Source of the DNA: Candidatus Kuenenia stuttgartensis
GTDB taxonomy: Bacteria > Planctomycetota > Planctomycetia > Pirellulales > UBA1268
DNA length: 64,000 nucleotides
Assembly (NCBI GenBank): GCA_945883745.1
Contig: CAMCYH010000003.1
Location: 20-64,019 of the forward strand
Direction of reading: 5' to 3'
In this document: positions 55,060 to 63,733 of the stretch, piece after piece
How positions within the stretch are numbered: the first letter of the stretch is position 1
Layout: every line of letters starts with the position of its first letter
Program-made: the position numbers and the translations under genes
The notes under the pieces: model-generated
Told to the model about the DNA's origin: nothing
Database searches by the model: none
Seen by the model: only the letters and a program-made list of their open reading frames with translations

Positions 55060-56570
55060 GGTCGGAGGCGTGCGGATGTCATGGCGAGGGCCACGAGCAT
55101 CCCCTTGGCCTTGTTGATGGTTTCCTCGAATTCGTTTTCAGGCACACTGTCGGCCACGATCCCGGCCCCCGACTGGACGTAGGCCTTGCCTCCGGTCACC
55201 ACTACCGTGCGGAGGGCGATGCAGGTGTCCATGGCCCCGCCGAAGTCGATATAGCCGACGGCACCGGCGTAGGGGCCGCGTCGCTGCGGCTCGAACTCGT
55301 CGATGATTTCCATCGCACGGATCTTTGGAGCCCCAGAGACTGTGCCGGCAGGCAGGCAGGCCCGCAGGGCGTCGAACGCGGTTCGGCCGGCCGCCAGCCG
55401 GCCGGAGACGTTGCTCGTGATGTGCATCACGTGGCTGTACCGCTCGATCGCCATCACGTCATTCACCGCGACCGATCCGATCGCAGCCACGCGGCCGACG
55501 TCATTGCGGCCCAGGTCAATGAGCATCACGTGCTCCGCCCGCTCCTTGGGATCTGCGAGCAGCCCCTCGGCGAGTAAGGCGTCTTCTTCCGGTGTCGCCC
55601 CCCGCGGCCGCGTACCGGCCAGCGGCCGGACGGTGATTATGTCGTCGACGACCCGCACCATGATCTCGGGGGAGCTGCCGACGAGCGTGCCCTCGGGCGT
55701 CCGGAGGTAGAACATGAACGGGCTGGGGTTTACGACGCGAAGGGTGCGATAGAGTTCCAGCGCCGGCAGGTCGAAGGGCACTTCGAGGCGACGGCTCAGT
55801 ACGACCTGAAAGATGTCGCCGGCACGGATGTATTCGATGGCCTTATCGACCGCCGCCAGGAACTGCTCGCGTGGGAAGGTCGAACTCGTCGAGGACTCGA
55901 GAAAGTCGACCGGCAGACTGCGGGGGCCGATGTCGGCCGCCGGCGGCCAGCAGTCAGGCCGCGACAGGTCGGCGATTGTGGCGTCAATCCGTTCACAGGC
56001 TTTGCGGTAGGCTTTTTCCGCGTCCTCGGGCGAGTCAGTATCGACACTGGCCAGCACGACGACGTCGAGCGACTTCGTGACGTTGTCGAAGACGATGAGG
56101 CGGTCGTAAAAGGCAAAGCTCAGATCGGGGAGCCGCAGATCGTCGGGCGGCGGGTTGGGCAGCCGCTCGACGTAGCGGACGGCGTCGTAGGCGGCGTAGC
56201 CGACGACGCCGCTCGTGAAGGGGGGCAGTTCCGGAAGCTTGGCTGGACGGAATGGCATCATGCGGCGCTCGAGCTCACCGAGCGGGTCGCTCGATTCCAG
56301 CGTCTCGGAGCCGCCGTCTCGGTGGACGATCGTTACCGTCGTCCCCCGCGCTTCCAACCGCATGAACGGGTCGGCGCCCAAAAAACTGAATCGCCCCACC
56401 TTCTCCCCGCCGACCACGCTTTCGAAAAGGCAGCCGCAGGAGCCCGATTCGATGCGGGCGAAGGCGGACAGCGGCGTGAGGCCGTCGGCAAACAAACGCC
56501 GGTAGACCGGTACGAGGCGGTGGTCCCGGGCAAGTTCGGAAAAGCGGCGAAGATCGGGGGCGTGAGGCAT
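55056..56570 (-). CDS. trpE: anthranilate synthase component I
   Basis: Internal ATG (complement of 56568-56570), MPHAPDLRRFSELARDHRLVPVYRRLFADGLTPLSAF. The chorismate-binding core motifs LAGTRPRG, GAPKIRAMEII and GPYAGAVGY are present. Confidence 0.9.
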   Translation of the reverse strand: MPHAPDLRRFSELARDHRLVPVYRRLFADGLTPLSAFARIESGSCGCLFESVVGGEKVGRFSFLGADPFMRLEARGTTVTIVHRDGGSETLESSDPLGELERRMMPFRPAKLPELPPFTSGVVGYAAYDAVRYVERLPNPPPDDLRLPDLSFAFYDRLIVFDNVTKSLDVVVLASVDTDSPEDAEKAYRKACERIDATIADLSRPDCWPPAADIGPRSLPVDFLESSTSSTFPREQFLAAVDKAIEYIRAGDIFQVVLSRRLEVPFDLPALELYRTLRVVNPSPFMFYLRTPEGTLVGSSPEIMVRVVDDIITVRPLAGTRPRGATPEEDALLAEGLLADPKERAEHVMLIDLGRNDVGRVAAIGSVAVNDVMAIERYSHVMHITSNVSGRLAAGRTAFDALRACLPAGTVSGAPKIRAMEIIDEFEPQRRGPYAGAVGYIDFGGAMDTCIALRTVVVTGGKAYVQSGAGIVADSVPENEFEETINKAKGMLVALAMTSARLRP

Positions 56571-56628
56571 CGCGAACGAGAATAACACCGCCCTGCCCCG
56601 ACCCGCTATGATTCTCAACAAGGGCCGT

Positions 56629-56647
56629 GCGGAGAACGTCTCTCCGC
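56629..56647. promoter_or_regulatory. perfect 7-bp inverted repeat in the trpE/mcsA divergent intergenic region (candidate operator or 5' hairpin)
   Basis: GCGGAGA-ACGTC-TCTCCGC, ending 29 nt upstream of the mcsA ATG. Confidence 0.3.
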
Positions 56648-56675
56648 GACGCCGACCGTGTTCCCGGTGCCGTCC

Positions 56676-57242
56676 ATGAAGTGCCAACACTGCGACCGAC
56701 AGGCTGTCTTCCACATCACCGAACTCGAAACCGGCGAGGTCCGGGAGTTGCATCTCTGTGAGGATCATGCCCGGTCCTACCTCAACCAGTCGGAGGCGGC
56801 GTCCGAAACGCCTGCGGGAAAACCGTCCGGTTCGGGCACGCCGTTGGGGGTCGGGCAGACGGCCGAGGAGTTGTCGGTTCTCGACCAGAAAACCTGCGGC
56901 ATGTGCGGCATCTCGTTTTTCGAGTTTCGCAACCAGGGACGGCTCGGCTGCTCGCATGACTACGTCGCGTTCGAGAAGGAACTCGAGCCGCTCATCGCCA
57001 ACATCCATGGCGCGACGGAGCACGTGGGCCGCCGTCCGCGGCAGGCGGCCGCGATTGTCATGCCGGCGGAGGGGACCGAGGGGCTGACCCGCCTGATTGG
57101 CCTGCGGCTCGAAATGAAGGAGGCGATCGCTCGCGAGGATTACGAAAAGGCCAAGGAGAACCGCGACCTCATCCGAGAGATCGAGGAGACCTGGCTCAGC
57201 CCGTCTGCCGCATCACCCACTCCGCCGGAAGCGACACCATGA
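56676..57242 (+). CDS. mcsA: protein arginine kinase activator McsA (zinc fingers plus UVR motif)
   Basis: MKCQHCDRQAVFHITE...LHLCEDHA and CGMCGISFFEFRNQGRLGCSHDY are zinc-finger pairs. The C-terminal UVR-like motif is LEMKEAIAREDYEKAKENRDLIREIE. The stop overlaps the mcsB start (ATGA). Confidence 0.8.
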   Translation: MKCQHCDRQAVFHITELETGEVRELHLCEDHARSYLNQSEAASETPAGKPSGSGTPLGVGQTAEELSVLDQKTCGMCGISFFEFRNQGRLGCSHDYVAFEKELEPLIANIHGATEHVGRRPRQAAAIVMPAEGTEGLTRLIGLRLEMKEAIAREDYEKAKENRDLIREIEETWLSPSAASPTPPEATP

Positions 57243-58306
57243 AAATCGATACGCTCACCGACGCCATCGGCGAATGGCTGCGGGGCACCGGGCCCGAATC
57301 CGACATCGTCATGAGCAGCCGAGTGCGGCTGGCCCGCAACATCGCCCACTTCCCCTTCGTGAGTCGCGCCTCCGAACAGGAGCGGTTCGATACCGAGGCG
57401 TTGCTTCGTGAGCGGATCGCCGCCGCGCCGATCGGCGGGAGCCTCGAGTACATCGATGTCGGCCACCTCGAGGAGATCGATCGCCAGTTTCTTGTCGAAC
57501 GTCAGCTGATCAGCCGCGAGCATGCCGAAGCGCAGGGTGCCCGGGGTGTCGCGATCGACGGCCGTGAGCAGGTGAGCCTGATGATCAACGAGGAAGATCA
57601 CCTGCGGATTCAGTGCATGCACAGCGGTCTCGATCTCGCGGGGGCCTTCGAGCAGATTCGTGCCGTCGACGAGGAAATCGAGAAGGTCGTGCCGTATGCC
57701 TTTCATCCGAGGTGGGGCTACCTGACCGCCTGCCCAACCAATGTCGGTACGGGCATCCGCGTGAGCGTGATGCTCCACCTTCCGGCCCTCGTCATCACGC
57801 GACAGATCGACAAGGTATTTCGGAGCCTGCACAAGATTTCGCTGGCGGTTCGCGGACTCTATGGCGAGGGCTCCCAGGCGATGGGAGACTTCTACCAGAT
57901 CTCCAACCAGACCACTCTCGGCAAGACCGAGGAGGAACTCATCGAGCAGGTTGGCGACGTGGTGCCAGTGCTCATCGACTACGAGCGGCGAGCCCGCGAG
58001 TTCCTCGTGCGCGAGACACAGGAGAACGTGCATGATCAGGTGAGCCGGGCCTACGGCATCCTGCGAACCGCCCAGACGATCAGTGCCGAGGAAACCATGC
58101 AACTGCTCTCCCGTGTTCGCATGGGAGTCCTGTTGGGTCTGATCGGGGACGTGACGATTCCCGATATCAACGTGTTGCTCGTCCGCACCCAGCCGGCACA
58201 CCTCCAAAAGATTCGCGGTGTCGAACTCGACACCAACGACCGCAATATCGAGAGGGCCCGCTATCTCCGCCACCACTTCGAGGGCGGAACAGAGCCTGCC
58301 AACTGA
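57239..58306 (+). CDS. mcsB: protein arginine kinase McsB (ATP:guanido phosphotransferase)
   Basis: IVMSSRVRLARNIAHFPFV, LMINEEDHLRIQ, GYLTACPTNVGTGIRVSVMLHLPAL and YGEGSQAMGDFYQISNQ are the phosphagen-kinase catalytic motifs. Confidence 0.9.
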   Translation: MKIDTLTDAIGEWLRGTGPESDIVMSSRVRLARNIAHFPFVSRASEQERFDTEALLRERIAAAPIGGSLEYIDVGHLEEIDRQFLVERQLISREHAEAQGARGVAIDGREQVSLMINEEDHLRIQCMHSGLDLAGAFEQIRAVDEEIEKVVPYAFHPRWGYLTACPTNVGTGIRVSVMLHLPALVITRQIDKVFRSLHKISLAVRGLYGEGSQAMGDFYQISNQTTLGKTEEELIEQVGDVVPVLIDYERRAREFLVRETQENVHDQVSRAYGILRTAQTISAEETMQLLSRVRMGVLLGLIGDVTIPDINVLLVRTQPAHLQKIRGVELDTNDRNIERARYLRHHFEGGTEPAN

Positions 58307-58309
58307 TGC

Positions 58310-58846
58310 TCAGGCGAGCTTCCCGCGGAGAGCGCGGACAACCGGTGGTGGAACAAACCGGAGCAGCGCTGCATCGTCTGCCAGCGGAGTGATCTGCTTC
58401 AGCAGCGACGACGAGATGTGGGAATACTGGGCGTCGGCCATCAGAAACACCGTCTCGACCGACGGGTCGAGTTTTCGGTTGGCCAGCGTCATCGTGAATT
58501 CCGCATCGATGTCGGTGAGCGAGCGAACGCCGCGCAGCAAGACGCTTGCCCCCTGCTCCTGGACGAAGGCGACCGACAGCCCGGCGAAGGAGTCGACCAC
58601 GACGGTCGGGAGGTGGGCCACCGATGCCCTTACCAGTTCGACTCGCTCCTCGAGCGTGAACATCGAGTGTTTGTCGGGGTTGATGCCCACGCCCACGACC
58701 AGCCGATCGAAAATCCGGCTGGCCCGTTCGATGACGTCGAGATGGCCGAGGGTGACCGGGTCGAAAGAGCCGGTATAGACGGCGGTGCGGGAACGGTTGA
58801 CGCTGGTCACGGGACGGACTCCGCTGAGACGGAAGGGCGAAAACAT
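58310..58846 (-). CDS. coaD: phosphopantetheine adenylyltransferase
   Basis: AVYTGSFDPVTLGHLDVIERA (T/HxGH motif) and ISSSLLKQ are present. The true start may be the internal GTG at 58810. Confidence 0.9.
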   Translation of the reverse strand: MFSPFRLSGVRPVTSVNRSRTAVYTGSFDPVTLGHLDVIERASRIFDRLVVGVGINPDKHSMFTLEERVELVRASVAHLPTVVVDSFAGLSVAFVQEQGASVLLRGVRSLTDIDAEFTMTLANRKLDPSVETVFLMADAQYSHISSSLLKQITPLADDAALLRFVPPPVVRALRGKLA

Positions 58847-58934
58847 GCCGGCCGGAACATCTGCGATATGGCTCTCCGGCCGCAGCGATTATGGTATCGG
58901 GGGTGGTGTTCGTGCAGAGCCGAGGAAAGTTCCC

Positions 58935-59120
58935 GTGTCGAAATTGATGCCGCTCGTCGGAATGGTACTCGCTGGTCTCATCGGTATTCTTTTTCTGGCC
59001 GATCTGGCGGCTGGCTTTCCCTTTGGTCGGGTCAGCGTGCCGGCCGACGTCGGATTCGTGGTCGCCAGCGCTATCACGGGATATCTCAGTTGGTCGCTCA
59101 TCAACCGGTCCCGTTCCTGA
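58935..59120 (+). CDS. small two-TM membrane protein (about 61 aa)
   Basis: A GTG preceded by GAGGAAAG starts VSKLMPLVGMVLAGLIGILFLADLAAGFPFGRVSVPADVGFVVASAITGYLSWSL. No family is recognised. Confidence 0.4.
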   Translation: MSKLMPLVGMVLAGLIGILFLADLAAGFPFGRVSVPADVGFVVASAITGYLSWSLINRSRS

Positions 59121-59133
59121 GCGTGGTTACGAC

Positions 59134-59841
59134 TTACGCGGCTCGAAGCACCGAACCCCGCGAGGCGGCATCGCATCCGCTCCCCAGAATGGTTGGCAGG
59201 TCGGAGAGCGAGACGGCCCGCAGGCCGGTGGCGGCCTTCCGACGGATCCAGGTGAGATGCCTGTCGAACCGGGTGCGGATGACTGCCGGGGCTGTTGAGC
59301 CGCCCGCATCGAGAACACGCAGGCCGTCGGGGCGTCCGCCGCCTCGGTACCAGCCGGTCACCTGCCCGACGAGGCCACTCCGCGAACGTGTCGTCAGAGC
59401 GACTTCCCACAGACCCCAGAGAATGCTGCGGCACTGCCAGCCCCGCGGCGCGGGCCGTCGGCTGCCGCGAATCGGAGTATCGAAGCGATCGACAGCGATT
59501 GTGGTGATGCCCTCCTCGACCAGCGTGTCGCGGTGTTCAAGCCGCGCGTGGCCGCGGAGGATCGCGGTCTCCACATGGGGCCAGGCCTGACGGGCCGATC
59601 GAAGCGTGTGCCGCAATATCTGCCGTGATGCTGGCCAGGAGGGGGTGAGGTCGAGTGCCACATCGGGAACCGCATCGGCTGCGGCATCGCGGGCGGTGGG
59701 GAGTGTCTCCAGATCGACCACCCAGGTCACCGGCACATTGCTTCCGCGACTGCGGGCCATCCAGGCCGCTATCTCGGCCACCGGTGTCCCATGCGGGATC
59801 GGACAGATCAGGATTGCTGCTGCAGTCGGGACGTCGGTCAT
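59134..59841 (-). CDS. hypothetical protein (235 aa)
   Basis: Internal ATG (complement of 59839-59841) preceded by GGAGAA, starting MTDVPTAAAILICPIPHGTPVAEIAAWM... Upstream of this ATG the ORF is Arg/Pro noise. No family is recognised. Confidence 0.5.
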   Translation of the reverse strand: MTDVPTAAAILICPIPHGTPVAEIAAWMARSRGSNVPVTWVVDLETLPTARDAAADAVPDVALDLTPSWPASRQILRHTLRSARQAWPHVETAILRGHARLEHRDTLVEEGITTIAVDRFDTPIRGSRRPAPRGWQCRSILWGLWEVALTTRSRSGLVGQVTGWYRGGGRPDGLRVLDAGGSTAPAVIRTRFDRHLTWIRRKAATGLRAVSLSDLPTILGSGCDAASRGSVLRAA

Positions 59842-59992
59842 TGGTTCTCCCCTTGCCTTTCGGGCGGCCCAGCGCCGGTACGCAACGTCGCCGCCTCGTC
59901 GGAATATCGACGCCGCTGTGGGCATCGCTCCAGTGCGGCGAAGCGGAAGGAACAAATGACGGCGAGCCGACCGTGGATAAAGTCTGCTGCCG

Positions 59993-61561
59993 TTACGAAC
60001 GGGTAGAGGGGGACGACGATTCGCTCTGGATGGGTTGTTCCGGGTGGGCAAGTTCCCAGGCGGCCATGGCAGACACCAGGCCCGCCGTGGAGGCTTCCGC
60101 CGCCTCGACCGTCGGCGGAAAGTCGTGTGCCAGCAAGGTCTCGGACGTGAGCGGGCTGATGCTCGCGATCCGCCATGCCCGCAGGCGGCTGCCAAACAAA
60201 GAAATCGCGGCCTTGGCGATGTCCGGACTGGTTGCCACGATCCAATCGACCCCGCAGCCGGCGAGCATCGACTGGGCCGCCGGGTCGAGTTCCGTCACGG
60301 GAACGCTGCGGTAGGCGACGGCCTCCGAAACGTGATGGCCGGCAGCGGTGAGCTCGCGGCGGAGAACATCGCGGCCCCGTTCCGCACGAACGAGCAGAAA
60401 GCGGCTGCCGGGGGGCATGGTCACCAGTTTTTCTGCGAGGCCTTCCGCCCGGAAGCAGGATGGCACCAGATCACAGAAGTAGCCGGCGGCGGCGAGGGCT
60501 GCGGCGGTCGCCGGCCCCACCGCCGCGAGGCGGACGGTCCCGAGTGATCGGCCGTCCCGTGCCAAGGCCTTGAGTCGGGCAAGGAACGACTGCACTCCAT
60601 TGGCACTGGAGAAGACGATCCAGTCGAAGGTGTCGGCGGCCCGGACCGCTTCGTCGAGTCCGTGCCACGTGGCCGGCGGTTCGATCCGCATGACGGGAAC
60701 ATGGAGGCAGATGCCCCCCCTCTCGGTCACCAAGTCGACCATGGTTTCCCCTTGCCCAGACGGCCTGGTGCTCAGCACCCGCCTGCCGGCCAGCGGCTGA
60801 CCCATCGACGGGACCGCTGGTGGAAGGTGAGCCACCTCGCCGACGATCGCCACAGCTGGTGCCGGCCAAGCATGCTTGGCGAAGTCGGTGGCGCACCGGC
60901 CCAGCGAAGAAACCGCGATCCGCTGGTCGGGCCAGGAGCAGCGACTGACGATCGTGACCGGTGTGTCGACGGGCTTTCCAGCTGCCAGCAGGCTTTGAGA
61001 CCAGGCCGCTGCCTGATCAACGCCCATGTAGATGGCAACGGTTCCAGCCAGTTCCGCGAGGAGTCGAAAATCGATCCCCGGCTGGTCCTTGTCGGCCTCG
61101 TGTCCCGTGATCAGCGTGGCGCTGGAGGCGGTCGCCCGGCTGGTAATGGGGATGCCAGCAGCAGCGGCGGCTGCCAACGCTGCCGTCACGCCCGGCACGA
61201 TCTCGATCGAAATGCCGGCATGCCGGAGCGGCTGCAGTTCTTCCGCCAGCCGAGCAAAGACCGACGGATCGCCTCCCTTGAGCCGAATGATCGTGCGGCC
61301 TCCCATCGCCAGCCCCGCCAGCATCTCGCCGATGGCGGTGCCAGCATCGGTGTCGGTCGCTTTTCCCCGCGGAGCCGGCACCAGTTCGGCGGTCGGGTTG
61401 ACCGTCGCCAGCAATTCGCGAGGTACCAGTACGTCATGCACGACCACCTTCGCCCGCTCGAGCCACTGCCGCGCGCGAATTGTCATCAAGTCAGGGTGGC
61501 CTGGCCCGGCGCCGATAAACACGACCTTTCCGGGTGTGGCTGTTTCTGTGAGACGCTGCAT
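59993..61561 (-). CDS. uroporphyrinogen-III C-methyltransferase / uroporphyrinogen-III synthase fusion
   Basis: The N-terminal SUMT domain has KVVFIGAGPGHPDLMTIRA, LKGGDPSVFA and VPGVTAA. The C-terminal HemD-like domain has VLSTRPSGQG and DWIVFSSANGV. The chosen start is the internal ATG at the complement of 61559-61561. Confidence 0.85.
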   Translation of the reverse strand: MQRLTETATPGKVVFIGAGPGHPDLMTIRARQWLERAKVVVHDVLVPRELLATVNPTAELVPAPRGKATDTDAGTAIGEMLAGLAMGGRTIIRLKGGDPSVFARLAEELQPLRHAGISIEIVPGVTAALAAAAAAGIPITSRATASSATLITGHEADKDQPGIDFRLLAELAGTVAIYMGVDQAAAWSQSLLAAGKPVDTPVTIVSRCSWPDQRIAVSSLGRCATDFAKHAWPAPAVAIVGEVAHLPPAVPSMGQPLAGRRVLSTRPSGQGETMVDLVTERGGICLHVPVMRIEPPATWHGLDEAVRAADTFDWIVFSSANGVQSFLARLKALARDGRSLGTVRLAAVGPATAAALAAAGYFCDLVPSCFRAEGLAEKLVTMPPGSRFLLVRAERGRDVLRRELTAAGHHVSEAVAYRSVPVTELDPAAQSMLAGCGVDWIVATSPDIAKAAISLFGSRLRAWRIASISPLTSETLLAHDFPPTVEAAEASTAGLVSAMAAWELAHPEQPIQSESSSPSTRS

Positions 61562-61697
61562 TGGGGAAATTCTTGAATGGCCCGACCGGTCATCGGCCGA
61601 GTTGCCACTTGGGGGTTGGCGAGCGGCCTGGGCAGTGCCAGAATTCGGCGACGCCTTCGGGTCTCCGCTGCCGCACCTGCATTCCAAGCCGACTGTC

Positions 61698-63128
61698 ATG
61701 ACCGAGTCTACACCGCCCAGTGCCGAGCCACCTGCCCCGCCGGCGTCTGGCAGGCCGTTCGTGGTCTCCGAGGGCGAGCGAAAGCGTCTACAGAAGTGCT
61801 TTCTCGCCGGTGAACAGAAGGCGGCGGCCAACATCGATTACGCGATCGAGATGTTTGCCACCTGCGTGCTCGGCGATCCAGCCAGCCCGCTCTATTTGCA
61901 GAGTTTCTTTGCCGTTCTCAAGAAAAAGTTTGCCGGAAAAAAAGCGGGCGGCCTGTCGGCCCTGTTCTCAGCCGGAGGGCGTGGCGGCCTTAAGAAACTG
62001 GCGGCGGCGGGGCAGTGGCTCGAACTGCTCAGGAAGGGGGTCGACTTGCTGAAGTCGTCGCCTCACGACCATGCCACGTTGCTCGCGATGGCCAACGCCT
62101 GTCGGCAGTTGCACTTCCAGGAAACGCAGCCGATTTACCTGCGAGCAGCCCTCGACGCGGCGCCGGCCGATGCGGAGGTCAACCGCGTCTGCGCCGAGTA
62201 TCTGGAAACTCGCGGCGAATACGACCAGGCAATCGCCTGTTGGCGACGGATTGCGTCGATCAAGGGGCTCGCCGAGGAGGCCGAGCGGACGATCACGAAG
62301 CTTCAGGTCGACAAGACATTGTCCAAGGGGAGCGGGTTGGGTGGACGCGGCGGTGCCAAGCCGGAGGCCAAGACTGCCGGCGACGCGTCTTCCGACAGGC
62401 CGCGGACGGCTGTGCTGCGCGACTTGCTCGCCAAGGATCCTGCCAACATCGAGGTGGCCCTTGAACTCGCCGACCTTCTTGAAAAGGAGGAGACGATCGA
62501 TGTCGCGGAGCAGGTGCTGCGGCAGACACTCGCGGCTTCGGGCAACGACCTGAAGGTGCGGGAGCATCTGGAGGATCGGCAGCTGCGCTGGGCACGCCAC
62601 CGGGTGCATGTGGCGGAGAAGCAGGTCGAGTCCGACGACACACCACAGCACCGCCAGACGCTCGAGCAGTTGCGGGCCGCCCAGAACCGGCAGGAGATCG
62701 AGGTCTACCGGTCCCGCTCGGAGCGGTACCCTGAGAACATGACATGGCGATTCGAGCTGGCTCTGCGGCTCAAGGCGGAAGGCAATTACGACGCCGCCAT
62801 CAAGGAGTTTCAGGCGGTACTCCAGGATGACCGTCGCAAAGGGGCCGTGGCACTGGAGCTTGGCGAATGCTTCCAGAAGATCAAGCAATACCAGTTGGCG
62901 TTTCAGAGTTACCAGACGGCCGTCGACGCCCTGACCGAACGAGAGGCCGAGCTTCGGAAGCGGGCTCTGTACCGGGCGGGCGTGCTGGCGATGGGCCTCA
63001 AGGACGTCGATTCCGCCCAGAAACACCTCTCCGCCCTTGCCGTGATCGACTTTGGATACCGGGATGTGGCCGACCGTCTGGACAAGTTGAAGACGGTGAA
63101 GCATAAAGAGGCGGACGAAGCGGACTGA
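61698..63128 (+). CDS. TPR-repeat protein (476 aa)
   Basis: MTESTPPSAEPP is followed by multiple TPR-like units (AEYLETRGEYDQAIACWRRI, ALRLKAEGNYDAAIKEFQAVL, LGECFQKIKQYQLAFQSYQTAV). The part of ORF 61032.. upstream of this start is antisense to the cobA/hemD gene. Confidence 0.75.
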   Translation: MTESTPPSAEPPAPPASGRPFVVSEGERKRLQKCFLAGEQKAAANIDYAIEMFATCVLGDPASPLYLQSFFAVLKKKFAGKKAGGLSALFSAGGRGGLKKLAAAGQWLELLRKGVDLLKSSPHDHATLLAMANACRQLHFQETQPIYLRAALDAAPADAEVNRVCAEYLETRGEYDQAIACWRRIASIKGLAEEAERTITKLQVDKTLSKGSGLGGRGGAKPEAKTAGDASSDRPRTAVLRDLLAKDPANIEVALELADLLEKEETIDVAEQVLRQTLAASGNDLKVREHLEDRQLRWARHRVHVAEKQVESDDTPQHRQTLEQLRAAQNRQEIEVYRSRSERYPENMTWRFELALRLKAEGNYDAAIKEFQAVLQDDRRKGAVALELGECFQKIKQYQLAFQSYQTAVDALTEREAELRKRALYRAGVLAMGLKDVDSAQKHLSALAVIDFGYRDVADRLDKLKTVKHKEADEAD

Positions 63129-63193
63129 TACGGCCTGCCCCAGAGGCCAACTGCTTCTCCCATAGCCCCGACCGTTCAGCACAAGGATCAGGA

Positions 63194-63460
63194 ATGCCCC
63201 ACTCGGCCAGCGCCAAAAAGCGTCATCGTCAGAATCTTCGGAACCGGGAGCGGAACCGAGCCGCCAAGTCAGAGATTAAGACGCAGATCCGCAAGGTTCT
63301 TCAGTCGATCTCGTCGGGTGACGTCGCCGCCGCGACGGAGCAGTTCCGGACCGTCGCCAAAAAGACCGATCAGGCGGCTGCGAAGAACACGATCCATCGC
63401 AATCGTGCTGCCCGCATCAAGTCGCGTCTTTCGGCCCGGCTCAAGGCTGCCAAAGGCTAG
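63194..63460 (+). CDS. rpsT: 30S ribosomal protein S20
   Basis: MPHSASAKKRHRQNLRNRERNRAAKSEIKTQIRK...IHRNRAARIKSRL. The gene is 88 aa. Confidence 0.9.
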   Translation: MPHSASAKKRHRQNLRNRERNRAAKSEIKTQIRKVLQSISSGDVAAATEQFRTVAKKTDQAAAKNTIHRNRAARIKSRLSARLKAAKG

Positions 63461-63461
63461 T

Positions 63462-63603
63462 TTCACGGAAAGCTCGCCATCCTGGCCTCGCTTTCCTTGG
63501 CGAACTTCCGTTCGCCCTCGTACGCCCGCCGGCTGCTTCACGCGAGCCTCGCCATCCTGGCCTCGGCTCGCTTGGCGACCGCCGGTCTTTCTCGTACGCC
63601 CGC
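63462..63603. repeat. two tandem copies of an approximately 75-nt unit
   Basis: The copies start at 63462 and 63537. They share TTCACG, CTCGCCATCCTGGCCTCG (18/18), CTTGGCGA and CTCGTACGCCCGC (13/13). Copy 1 contains the hairpin GGCGAAC-TTCC-GTTCGCC. Confidence 0.7.
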
Positions 63604-63635
63604 TTTCCAGGCGGGCAGTGCTATTTTCCACCCAG

Positions 63636-63707
63636 CACAGGGCGCAAGCCCTGTGACTGCTGCTGCGTTGGCTGGTGCATCATCCCGCGGGCTTGCGCCC
63701 TGCGGCT
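63636..63707. repeat. inverted pair of GGGCGCAAGCCC-type hairpin repeats
   Basis: CACAGGGCGCAAGCCCTGTG (63636-63655) is an 8-bp stem with a GCAA loop. CGCGGGCTTGCGCCCTGCGGCT (63686-63707) has the opposite orientation and is identical to 54083-54104. Confidence 0.7.
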
Positions 63708-63733
63708 CGTTGTGGGAACACTTGCGGACTGCG

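Noticed and set aside
56571-56675. A tryptophan attenuator or leader peptide upstream of trpE.
   Set aside because: The only short minus-strand ORF there (MDGTGNTVGVAERRSPHGPC) contains no Trp codons. No terminator/antiterminator pair followed by a U-tract is visible.
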